Shown here one piece after another: positions 51,676 through 62,600 of a DNA stretch of 64,000 nt. This DNA comes from Macrostomum hystrix. Its lineage: Eukaryota > Animalia > Platyhelminthes. The position numbers and the translations under genes were made by a program. The first letter of the stretch is position 1. Each line of letters starts with the position of its first letter. Below the pieces are notes generated by a model. The model was not told the DNA's origin, made no database searches, and saw only the letters and a program-made list of their open reading frames with translations. Location of the stretch: NCBI GenBank assembly GCA_950097015.1, contig CATNEN010000001.1:17980001-18044000 (forward strand), given 5' to 3'.

Positions 51676-52722
51676 ATGAAATTTTTTACAGGATTGCTCC
51701 TTATTCTGACAATGTCCCAGACCTCATCTGCGACCTGCAGTCGGCGCTGGTGCCAGTACCGGATGATGCAGTGCATCGACGACAGCTCGGCGATGACTCG
51801 GTGGAACTCGCTGCAAAGCCTGCATGGCTGCGTGTTGAAAGCGAGCAGCACACCTGACGACCTCGTGCTTCAGTGGAACAAGCAGACAGGTGTGTGCTCG
51901 ATCTTCCACTACCAGCATGTGTGTCGCATGATGCAGGCGAGTGGAGCAAGGCCGATGGGAGGCCAGTCGAGCAGCAGCGATCAGGCCGCAGTCGACGGCT
52001 CGGTGCAGCAGTGCTCGGTGTATCGCGCCAAGTCGTTGGCGAGCTGCGACGCCTCGCTACTCAACGCTCAGTTGGTCGGTGTGTGGCTGGCAGGTGGGAG
52101 CAACAGATTCAGCAACCTGGTGTGTCAGAGCGGTGAGCGTGCTTCGAGCAGCAGCTATCGACTGGAGAGTGCGAACTTGCAGTGGACTGAGGAGGGCGCC
52201 CAGTTCGACGGACACTCGTCCTACGCGCTGCTCAACGACAGTCGCTTCGTCTCGACCGACCCTTTTTCTGGTTTTACGTGGCTGATGAGGCTGAAGAGGG
52301 AGCCGAGGGTCCAGCCGTTTATGGAGGCTGTGTCGTTCGATGGTATGAGTAATATTGGACCGCACTTTTGGGAGTTTAGTTCACCGCGCCAGCTGTACTT
52401 TCGGCCAGTGGGAAGCAGCAAGCGTGCTATCCACTCCACCATAAGCATGCTCCCTGACTCTGGCTCAGCATGGCTCAACATTGCCTTTGTCCTGGGCTGC
52501 AACGACACCGCGTCCCGCTTTTTCTTCGATGATGGCTTCCAGATGGGCACTGAAAAAGGCTCACCTTCAGTCCTGCCGCCCAAGTGCTGCCATTTGTACA
52601 TCGGCCACAGGCCCAACAATGATACCCTTTGCCACTACTTAAGCGGAGTAGTGCGCGCCGTGGCTATCGCCAACTGGTCAATGAGTCTTGAAGAGATCCG
52701 GGAGTTCTTCGGTCAGATTTAA
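51676..52722 (+). CDS. Intronless secreted PAN/apple-like + LamG/pentraxin-like protein; copy B (inverted paralog of 40528-41577)
   Basis: 348-aa ORF with a signal peptide; middle region nearly identical to copy A; C-terminal half diverged but colinear (WLNIAFV, YIGHRP, VVRAVAIAN.SM). Confidence 0.8.
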   Translation: MKFFTGLLLILTMSQTSSATCSRRWCQYRMMQCIDDSSAMTRWNSLQSLHGCVLKASSTPDDLVLQWNKQTGVCSIFHYQHVCRMMQASGARPMGGQSSSSDQAAVDGSVQQCSVYRAKSLASCDASLLNAQLVGVWLAGGSNRFSNLVCQSGERASSSSYRLESANLQWTEEGAQFDGHSSYALLNDSRFVSTDPFSGFTWLMRLKREPRVQPFMEAVSFDGMSNIGPHFWEFSSPRQLYFRPVGSSKRAIHSTISMLPDSGSAWLNIAFVLGCNDTASRFFFDDGFQMGTEKGSPSVLPPKCCHLYIGHRPNNDTLCHYLSGVVRAVAIANWSMSLEEIREFFGQI

Positions 52723-53674
52723 AGAGAGTACTATAAATCACGATGGTTTTTTGAACTGTACGAAACTGCATGGTTAAGATTCTTTCTTATGAACTTGTGC
52801 GTACGTTTTCTGAATTTTGCTAGTTTACCATTCATATTATTCGCGTCAATCGAATACGTTTATTAGTTTGTTAATTGCATGCGTTGGTCAGTAAGAATTG
52901 ATGGCATCATCTGACATCATTATTTACTATGGAAACTTATAGTGTTGCGGAACCTACACCTACCTGCCCGGCCTGCCAAGCTGGGTTTTGCCCGGGGGAT
53001 AAGCTGAAGTGTGACTGCCTCTTTGATATGCGCCCCTGAACCAATGAATAAATGCGCACGTATGTAAGAACTTTGTGCTAAATAAAAAGCACGTAACTTG
53101 TTCAACTTATATCGCAAGCCACATCGTTTTTTGGACATTGCGTGTTGCTCGTCAATCGCGTCTCTAATTTTATCATCGTCATACGATAATATACCCAGTT
53201 AAATATACAGCAATCGGGTCCTGAATGGATTAATTGTAAAATAATCAACGAAGACGCACATGCAATGAATGCAATGTTGAACACATTCGAAGTTAGTATA
53301 ATCATCAAGACATTCATAGTCTGCAGCCGTCTGCATGATTCAAAGAAGTTATTTTTCGTGGCTATTAACTGAAAAAGTACATAATTTGTGATAATGAGTT
53401 ATAATAATTTAAAAAATGAGTTGCACATACAAATCGATTTATTTTCAAGGAACAAGACAGAAAATATACAAGTGGCAAATAATATATATTTTTACTTTTG
53501 CTTTACTCGTATATATTTGCCGAGCTAATTCGACTAGTGTATTTTTCCGCGAAATATTTGTTTAGGATCTTGAAATAAAAACTACTTAGATTATTGTTGC
53601 ACGCCTTTTGACTGAAGTAACTAAAATTTGCTTGCTTACTTAAAGGAGAAAACCAGGTCGATTTTCAGCCAAAG

Positions 53675-56600
53675 ATGGAGGGTGCTCCTCGTATACCGAT
53701 GTACTCTTTTCAAATTAAAACATCATCTCTTCCTATCGAGATTGATGTTCTAAAAACGGTAAATTCTTATTTTAATTTTATTTGATTTTAAATTTTTTGA
53801 TTTTCTTTGATTAGGAAGTATATTTCGGACTCGCTTAGACTTTATCGAAAAAATCTAACTGATGGTTTTTTAATGGAGGGTCGTTGGTCGAGTTTTTGCT
53901 CAGGGGTATTCGTTTTTCTTCTCTCTTTGTGAATCGAAATATCATTTCGTATCGCAAGATCTGTACATTTTTAAAGAAGCGGAATTATTTATAAAAAATG
54001 ATATTTGTTGCTATCAAACAATGCACACCTAGCTAATATTGTCGCTATTATTACACATATGTCATAAATAAGCTATGAAAAGATAATCAGTGCCAGTTTT
54101 GTTTATTATAATTTATATTTAAAGAAATTGTGGTAAAATACATGAAAATTTACTTACCCCATGTTAAATGTTTATATCTTATTATATGTCATTTTGTCTG
54201 GTAGCCTATTTGTTAATTGATAACAAAAATATAATCACTGCAGGTTACAATGCAAATAGTTACTTTGTTAAAGTAAGTGAAGTTATCAAACAAATTAGTT
54301 TAAATGACAGAAGTAGGCCCTAAGGGTATGCTCTGTGAAATGTGCTGCTATGACTTCAATAGATTTAAGATATAGTGAAAAATGAACCACTGTCCAGTTT
54401 AAATCAGGCATAAATGGCCGAAATGACTGCTTGCCTTTCTAAGGCTGTCTCCATAGCCTTATTATTATGAATATACTTATAATTTTTAGTATTTTCAAGT
54501 CTCTACTCTACATATATATATATATATATATGTATTATATTTTAATTGAGAGCCTAGCCAAGTTAGGCCAGATGTTCATACAGCCTAATGTACAGCAGAT
54601 ATTTTATTACTTATCTAAATTTTTAGTACCTGGAAACAGAATACGGAGAGTCTGCCAATGCCTATGACACAGAATTCAAGGCCTTGCTTGATTTAAGAAA
54701 GGTAATTATTTGCCTTTAGGTTGCCAGAAACATTTATTACAAGCTGCTCTTTAAATACTTGTTTTTTATTATCACTTCAGAGTGCATTGGAGTCGCCACA
54801 CGATTTAGGTGGACTAAGTCTATTAAAAAAGTACTATGGCCAGCTGCAGCTATTGAAATCTCGATTCCCAATGGAAGAATGCGAGACATGCGCACTGCCT
54901 GTTTCATGGTGAGCTTGGCATCTTGAAAATGCTCTAGAGTTTAGGGAGTGTCTGCATGTAGACTGGGATTTGGGATGGGAGTGTCTGCATGGAGACTGGG
55001 TATTGGGATGGGAGTGTCTGCATGTAGACTGGGATTTGGGATGGGAGTGTCTGCATGGAGACTGGGAATTGGAGAAATTTGAAGAGAAATGTATTTGGAA
55101 ACATTCAACAGGGACGATCTCTACATAGACGACGTGGTGACTCACTCGGACATCCGGTTCGAGGAGGCCGCGGTGCTGTACAACATCGGCTCGCTGGAGA
55201 GTATTCTGGGCTGCAAGCAGGCCCGAACTGATGCTGACGGCATCAAAGCCGCCTGCACGCATTTCATGTCAGCCGCTTGGTGCTTCCAGCGAGTCAGCGA
55301 GGTTTTCTCCGGCGCCGTGGCGCCCGACCTCGAGTCGGAGCTGATGCGCCTGAAGGCTCAGATGATGCTAGCCCAGGCGCAGGAATGTGTATTTCGCAAG
55401 TCCCAGCTGGACGGTAGAAAGAGCGGCATCAATGCGAGGATCGCTCAACAGCTGGTGGACTACTACGGCCAGCTAGGGTCCATGATGAGCTCAGCTGGCA
55501 CCGTGGCCAAGGTTAGCGGCTGGGTGACTCAAGTTTTCGAAATTTAGTATTAGGAAATCTCGGGCTGCGAACGTTTAATTTGTATGTGGTAAAGCTTAGG
55601 TTTATAAAATTTTCAAGGCTTGATTTCTAAGAATGCTAGGTTTGGTTTCTAAGGTGTGGTTTAGTTCCAAAGAATTCAAGGTTTACTTTCTAAGAAATAT
55701 ATATTTGTTTTCTTAGAATTCATGGTTTGATTTCTATTAATTCAGGGCTTAGTTTCTAAGAGTGCAATGTATGGTTTCTTAGAATTCAGGGCTTAGTTTC
55801 TAAGAATGCAATGTATGGTTTCTTAGAATTCAGGGCTTAGTTTCTAAGAATGCAATGTATGGTTTCTTAGAATTCGGGGCTTAGTTTCTAAGAATGCAAT
55901 GTATGGTTTCTTAGAATTCAGGGCTTAGTTTCTAAGAGTGCAATGTATGGTTTCTTAGAATTCAGGGCTTAGTTTCTAAGAATGCAATGTATGGTTTCTT
56001 AGAATTCAGGGCTTAGTTTCTAAGAGTGCAATGTATGGTTTCTTAGAATTCAGGGCTTAGTTTCTAAGAATGCAATGTATGGTTTCTTAGAATTCAGGGC
56101 TTAGTTTCTAAGAGTGCAATGTATGGTTTCTTAGAATTCAGGGCTTAGTTTCTAAGAATGCAATGTATGGTTTCTTAGAATTCAGGGCTTAGTTTCTAAG
56201 AATGCAATGTATGGTTTCTTAGAATTCAGGGCTTAGTTTCTAAGAATGCAATGTATGGTTTCTTAGAATTCAGGGCTTAGTTTCTAAGAGTGCAATGTAT
56301 GGTTTCTTAGAATTCAGGGCTTAGTTTCTAAGAATGCAATGTATGGTTTCTTAGAATTCGGGGCTTAGTTTCTTAGAATGCAATGTATGGTTTCTTAGAA
56401 TTCAGGGCTTAGTTTCTAAGAGTGCAATATATGGTTTCTTAGAATTCAAGGCTTGTTTTCTAAGAATGCAATTTTTGCTTTTTAACAATTTAAGGCTTAG
56501 TTAATGAGAATTCACGGTTTGGAGTTCTAGGAAATATTATTTATTTTCAAGAATTCAGATTCTGAATTTGAGACGTCAAAAAACGTTTCTTTTGAAACTT

Positions 56601-59600
56601 GGATTGTGAGTGTTTGGTTTTTTATTTAAAGTTTGAATTTAATGAAATTCATAGTAAATTTTCTAAGAAATCGGTATTTTGATTTGAAAGATTTCAAGGT
56701 CTGTTTGTGAGTAGTTATAGGCTCTGATTGATTGATTTTTTGGAAATATAGTTTTATTTCAAAGAATTCCAGGTTTGTTTTTCTAGGAAAGAATTTTTCA
56801 TTTTCTAAGAATTTTGATTTGGAATATAATGTAACAAAAAAGTTTTTCGTATTACTGCTTTTATTTCTCTTGGGTTTTGTTTGAATTGAAATAATAATAG
56901 AGTGATAACTAGCAGGATTCTGTCCTGTGTCTCCGCATTCCCAGGTAATTCCGAGCCGCACCCGCAAGCACTACGCCGGCATATTCTCTGTGAAGAGCAG
57001 TTTCTACGAATCCCAGGTGGCCTATTACTCAGCCCAGACCGCTGAGGATACGGCCGAGTATGGCCTGCGTCTGGCATGGCTCACCAAAGCCCGGGAAGCA
57101 CTGCAAGCCGCTTTGGCTGGCAACAAAGAGTTAAAAGATGCCGAAATGCGCGAGACCCTGGCCTTTGTTCAGGATGTCATTGTGGCCAAGCACGAGAGCG
57201 CCGAGAAGGACAACAACCTTATCTACCATGCCCAGGTGCGAATTTCGCACAAAAAGCAAGGGTTTAAAGAGAAGAGAGATAGAGAAGTAGACTAGGAGGT
57301 AAAGAAGTAGACTGGGAGGTAGAGAAGTAGACTGGGAAGTAGATTGGTAGACTGTAAGGTAGAGAAGTATACTGGAAGGCAGAGAAATATACTGAAAGGT
57401 AGAGGAGCAGACTTTCTCCTCTGCGCGAAAGTCATTGTGGGAGGGAGGAGGAGGGAGAGGTGAATGGTGAAGTAGACTTGGAGGTAGAAAAATAGACCAT
57501 GAGTTAGTGTAGTAGACTGAAAGGTAGAGAAGTAGTCTGCGAGGTAGATAAGTAGACTGGGAAGTAGATTGGTAGACTGGAAGGTAGAGAAGTAGACTGG
57601 GAAGTAGATTGGTAGACTGGAAGGTAGAGAAGTAGACTGGGAAGTAGATTGGTAGACTAGGAGGGAGAGAAGTAGACTGGGAGGGAGGGAAGAAGACTGG
57701 GAGGGAGGGAAGTAGACTGGGAGGTAGAGAAGTAGATTGGGAAGTTGATTAGTAGACTGGAAAGTAGAGAAGTAGACTGTAAGGTAGAGAAGTAGACTCG
57801 GGAGTAGATTGGTAGACTGGAAGGTAGAGAAGTAGACTGGGAAGTAGATTGGTAGACTAGGAGGGAGAGAAGTAGACTGGGAGGGAGGGAAGTAGACTGG
57901 GAAGGAGGGAAGTAGACTGGGAGGTAGAGAAGTAGACTGGGAAGTAGATTGGTAGACTGTAAGGTAGAGAAGTATACTGGAAGGTAGAGAAGTAGACTAT
58001 AAGGTAGAGAAGTAGACTGGAAGGTAGAGAAGTAGACAGGGTAGTAGATTAGTAAAAAAGAGGCAGAGAAGTAGACTAGGATGGGGGAAGTAGACTGGGA
58101 GGGAGGGAAGTAGACTGGGAGGTAGAGAAGTCGACTGGAAGGTAGAGAAGTAGACAGATTGTGGAAGTAGATTGTGCGATAGAGAAGTAGACTGATTGGT
58201 AAAGTGGTAGACTATGAAGTAGAATGGTAGACTTGGAGCTGGATGGGCAGGTGATGAGGCAGAATCGTGAGTAATTCTCGCACATTTCACAAAATCCGCA
58301 GGTGCCCCAATCAGTCCCGGAGGTGCAGGCAGCTCTGCTGGTGAAGCCGCTGCCATTTGATCCAACGGAATCGGCCGGCCCAGATCTGTTCAAACGGTTG
58401 GTGCCGCTTAAGACTAGCGAAGCTTCCAGCGTCTACTCCGAGGAGGTGTCCAAGAAGCTCAGAGAGATTGGCGACGCTGCGGAGGCCAAGGATACCGAGG
58501 TGGCCGAGTGCCTCAGCAGCTTGCAGGTCTGCTGGCTTCCATGCGAATGGCTGTACAGTTTGGGGAAGTTGGTAGAGTAGATTGATTGGTAGAGGTAGAC
58601 TAGGAGGTAGAGTGGGTGGACTGTGAGGTAGAGTGGGTAGACTGGGAGGTGGAGTGGGTAGACTGGGAGGTGGAGTGGGTAGACTGGGAGGTGGAGTGGG
58701 TAGACTGGGAGGTGGAGTGGGTAGACTGGGAGGTGGAGTGGGTAGACTGGAAGGTAGAGTGGGTAGACTGGGAGGTAGAGCGGGTAGACTGGGAGGTAGA
58801 GCGGGTAGACTGGGAGGTAGAGTGGGTAGACTGGGAGGTAGACTGGGCGGTAGAGTGGGTAGACTGGGAGGTGGAGTGGGTAGACTGGGAGGTAGAGTGG
58901 GTAGACTGGGAGGTGGAGTGGGTAGACTGGGAGGTAGAGTGGGTAGACTGGGAGGTGGAGTGGGTAGACTGGGAGGTAGAGTGGGTAGACTGGGAGGTGG
59001 AGTGGGTAGACTGGGAGGTAGAGCGGGTAGACTGGGAGGTAGAGCGGGTAGACTGAGAGGTGGAGTGGGTAGACTGGGAGGTGGAGTAGGTAGACTGGGA
59101 GGTAGAGCGGGTAGACTGGGAGGTAGAATGGGAGGTGGAGTGGAAGAATAGTGGTCCAAAGTTGTCCACCGCACCGCAGGCTGACCCGGAGTTCTACTTG
59201 GTTTCGGAGGACTCGCCCCTGCCGCAGGCCCTGTTCGACGCCTGCGCCCAGCTGTCCGTGGAGGGCGACGCGGCGCAGAAGCGACTGACGCAGCGGATGC
59301 AGCAGCTCGCCTCGGCTGCGGTGGATGTTGACAGCCTCCTGGCAGAACTGCGTCAGCTGACTGCCGACCCGCCAGCCGACGTGGCCGCCTCCATCCGACC
59401 ATTCCTGCAAGACCTGGCCAAGTGCGAGCGAGTGGCTCGTGAGGCTCAGCCGTCCAATGAAAGCTTGCGAGCCAGCGCCAGCCGGCACGCCGAGGGCCTG
59501 GCCGAGCTGCGGAAGTCGCCTGAAGAACTGCGGGCCTCCCTGCCCACTGTGACAGATTTGCAGGTGAGCTGTACTCCAGTCATTTGTTTGGTCATTAGCT

Positions 59601-62600
59601 GTACTCCAGTCATTTGTTTGGTCATTAGCTGTACTCCAGTCATTTGTTTGGTCATTAGCTGTACTCCAGTCATTTGTTTGGTCATTAGCTGTCTTCCAGT
59701 CATTCGATTGGTCATTAGCTGTGTTTTAGTCATTCGTTTGGTCATTGACCTAATCCTAATAATTCGTTTGAAAATTAAGCATAATTTCTGTCATTCGTTT
59801 AGTCATTAGCGTTATCCTAGGCAACTCTTATTTAGTAATTTAATTTAGATGATTTTTTTATTCTACTGCCTTTTTAGACATTAAATTAAACATCAATCTG
59901 TCATTTTGGTCATTCATATTTATTTTAAGTCATTCAACATCGGTCATTAGTTTCTTTTCTCCCAGTCATTAATTCGGTCATTCGGTCACAGCCCTCGCCC
60001 CTCCCTCACCCGCCAGTCGGACCAGCAGTTGCACCAGTCTGTAGCGGAGCTCCGTCGCCTGCTAGCCAAGGTGGCCGAGATGCGAGCTCAGCGAGCCGAC
60101 CTGCTGTCCGCCATCCGGGCCGATCTGCGCTCCGAGGACGCCACCAGTCTGTTGCTGCGACAGCCGAACCAGGACCCCGTGCAGCTGTTCCAGGCCAGCC
60201 TTGCCAAGCAGCAGGACCGATTCACCTACCTGAATCAGAACATGGCTGCCCAGGCCAACATTCTGTCAGCCCTGATTGACATCCACGCCAAGCTGGTGCC
60301 GCAGCGAGAGCTCATTGCCAGACGGCGCGCCGAACGAGAAGCCGCCGTGCAGCGTTTGGTGTCCGCCTGGGCCGAGGGTTCTGCCCTGCTGGACAAAGTG
60401 CAGGAGGGAGTGGACTTCTTCACCGGCCTGCTTCGTAAACTCAAGGTTGGCTGCGTCTCACCTGTTATCCCATATTGTCACCTGTTATCCCATACACTCA
60501 CCTGTTATCCCATACACTCACCTGTTATCCCATATTCTTACCTGTTATCCCATATTCTTACCTGTTATCCCATATTCTCACCTGTTATCCCATATTCTCA
60601 CCTGTTATCCCATACACTCACCTGTTATCCCATATTCTCACCTGTTATCCCATATTCTTACCTGTTATCCCATATTCTTACCTGTTATCCCATATTCTCA
60701 CCTGTTATCGCCGTACACTCACCTGTTATCCCGTACTCTCACCTGTTATCCCGTACTCTCACCTGTTATCCCATATTCTCACCTGTTATCCCGTTCTCTC
60801 ACCTGTTTTCCCGTACACTCACCTGTTATCCCGTACTCTCACCTGTTATCCCGTACTCTCACCTGTTATCCCATATTCTCACCTGTTATCCCGTTCTCTC
60901 ACCTGTTTTCCCGTACACTCACCTGTTATCCCGTACTCTCACCTGTTATCCCATATTCTCACCTGTTATCCCATATTCTCACCTGTTATCCCGTTCTCTC
61001 ACCTGTTATCCCGTTCTCTCACCTGTTTTCCCGTACACTCACCTGTTATCCCGTACTCTCATCTGTTATCCCATATTCTCACCTGTTATCCCGTACTCTC
61101 ACCTGTTATCCCGTACTCTCACCTGTTATCCCGTACTCTCACCTGTTATCCCGTACACTCACCTGTTATCCCGTACTCTCATCTGTTATCCCATATTCTC
61201 ACCTGTTATCCCGTTCTCTCACCTGTTATCCCGTACTCTCACCTGTTATCCCGTACTCATACCTGTTGTCCAGTCTGTCTTACCTTTTATCCATATTTTC
61301 TCACCTGTTGTCTATACTATCACATTTTTTATCCATACTGTCTCATAGGTTATTTCTGCTTACAATCTCTTCTCAAGGTAATCGAAGCTCGGTTAAAGCC
61401 ACTATTGGCCCGACCAAAGCCGCCGCCGACGCCGCCGACGCCGCCCCAGAATCGGCTTCCTCAGCACCAGCAGCAGCAGCAGCAGCCTCAGTCGATGCAT
61501 CAATATCCGCAGATGCCCCAGCTTCAGAATCATCAGCAGCCAGACAATCCGTCGTCAAGCTTTGAGCCGATGACGCTACCTCCGGCCGGACTTCTGTCCA
61601 GCTTCTCAGGTGCCCCGTCCTCAGCTAGTTCATCTGATCCGCCCAGGCTCAAAGACTTCCTGCCCTTCATGAAGCCTGGAACCTACGGAGCTCAGAGCAA
61701 ATCCCAGCGCAGCCAGGCAATGAGCTCATTGCCTGCCAGTCCGCAGCGGCCCGTACCCTCTGCTGCAGGACAGCCGCAGCAGCAGCAGCAGCCGTACCAG
61801 CCGCTAACGCAGTTCAGAGAGCAGCAACAATACGGACGGCACTCTCCGTTGCCGACAACGTCCGCCGTGGAGCCTCAGCATCAGCAGTTTCGATCGCATT
61901 CGCCATCATCGATGGGTCAGTTTGGATCCCAATTTGCCACCACGTCTGAAACTGGCGCTTCTCACTACTTTTCAAACAGTCAGCAGCAGCAGCAGCCGTC
62001 GCTAGCAGCTGGTGGCGGAATGACTCAGCAGATGCCACATTTTCCGCAACAGACGGGAAATTCCGTCGGGGGATTCCCACAGCATTTTGGATCCGTTAAC
62101 GGTGGAATCTCTCAGCAACCAGCAGCTCCGGTGGGATTCCACCAGCAGCCAGTGACTTCAGCTGCGGGATTCCATCAGCAGCCAGTGACATCAGCTGTGG
62201 GATTCCACCAGCAGCCAGTGACTTCAGCTGTGGGATTCCACCAGCAGCCAGTGACTTCAGCTGCGGGATTCCACCAGCAGCCACAGTCATCAAGTTCTGG
62301 ATTTCCCCAGCAGCCACCGTCATCAAGTTTGGGATTTCCTCAGCAGCCACGGTCATCAAGCGCGGGATTTCCCCAGCAGCCAATATCATCAAGCGCCGGA
62401 TTTCCCCAGCAGCCACAGTCATCAAGCGCCGGATTTCCCCAGCAGCCACTATCATCAAGTTCGGGATTTCCCCAGCAGCCACCGTCATCAAGTTCGGGAT
62501 TTCCCCTGCAGCCACCGTCATCAAGTGCGGGATTTCCCCAGCAGCCACCGTCATCAAGTGCGGGATTTCCCCAGCAGCCACAGTCATCAAGTTCGGGATT

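Noticed and set aside
1-61310. Consistent purine/pyrimidine strand bias of intronic arrays relative to host transcription
   Set aside because: Both orientations occur, e.g. PTPN23 introns 5-6 are purine-rich and intron 8 is pyrimidine-rich on the sense strand.
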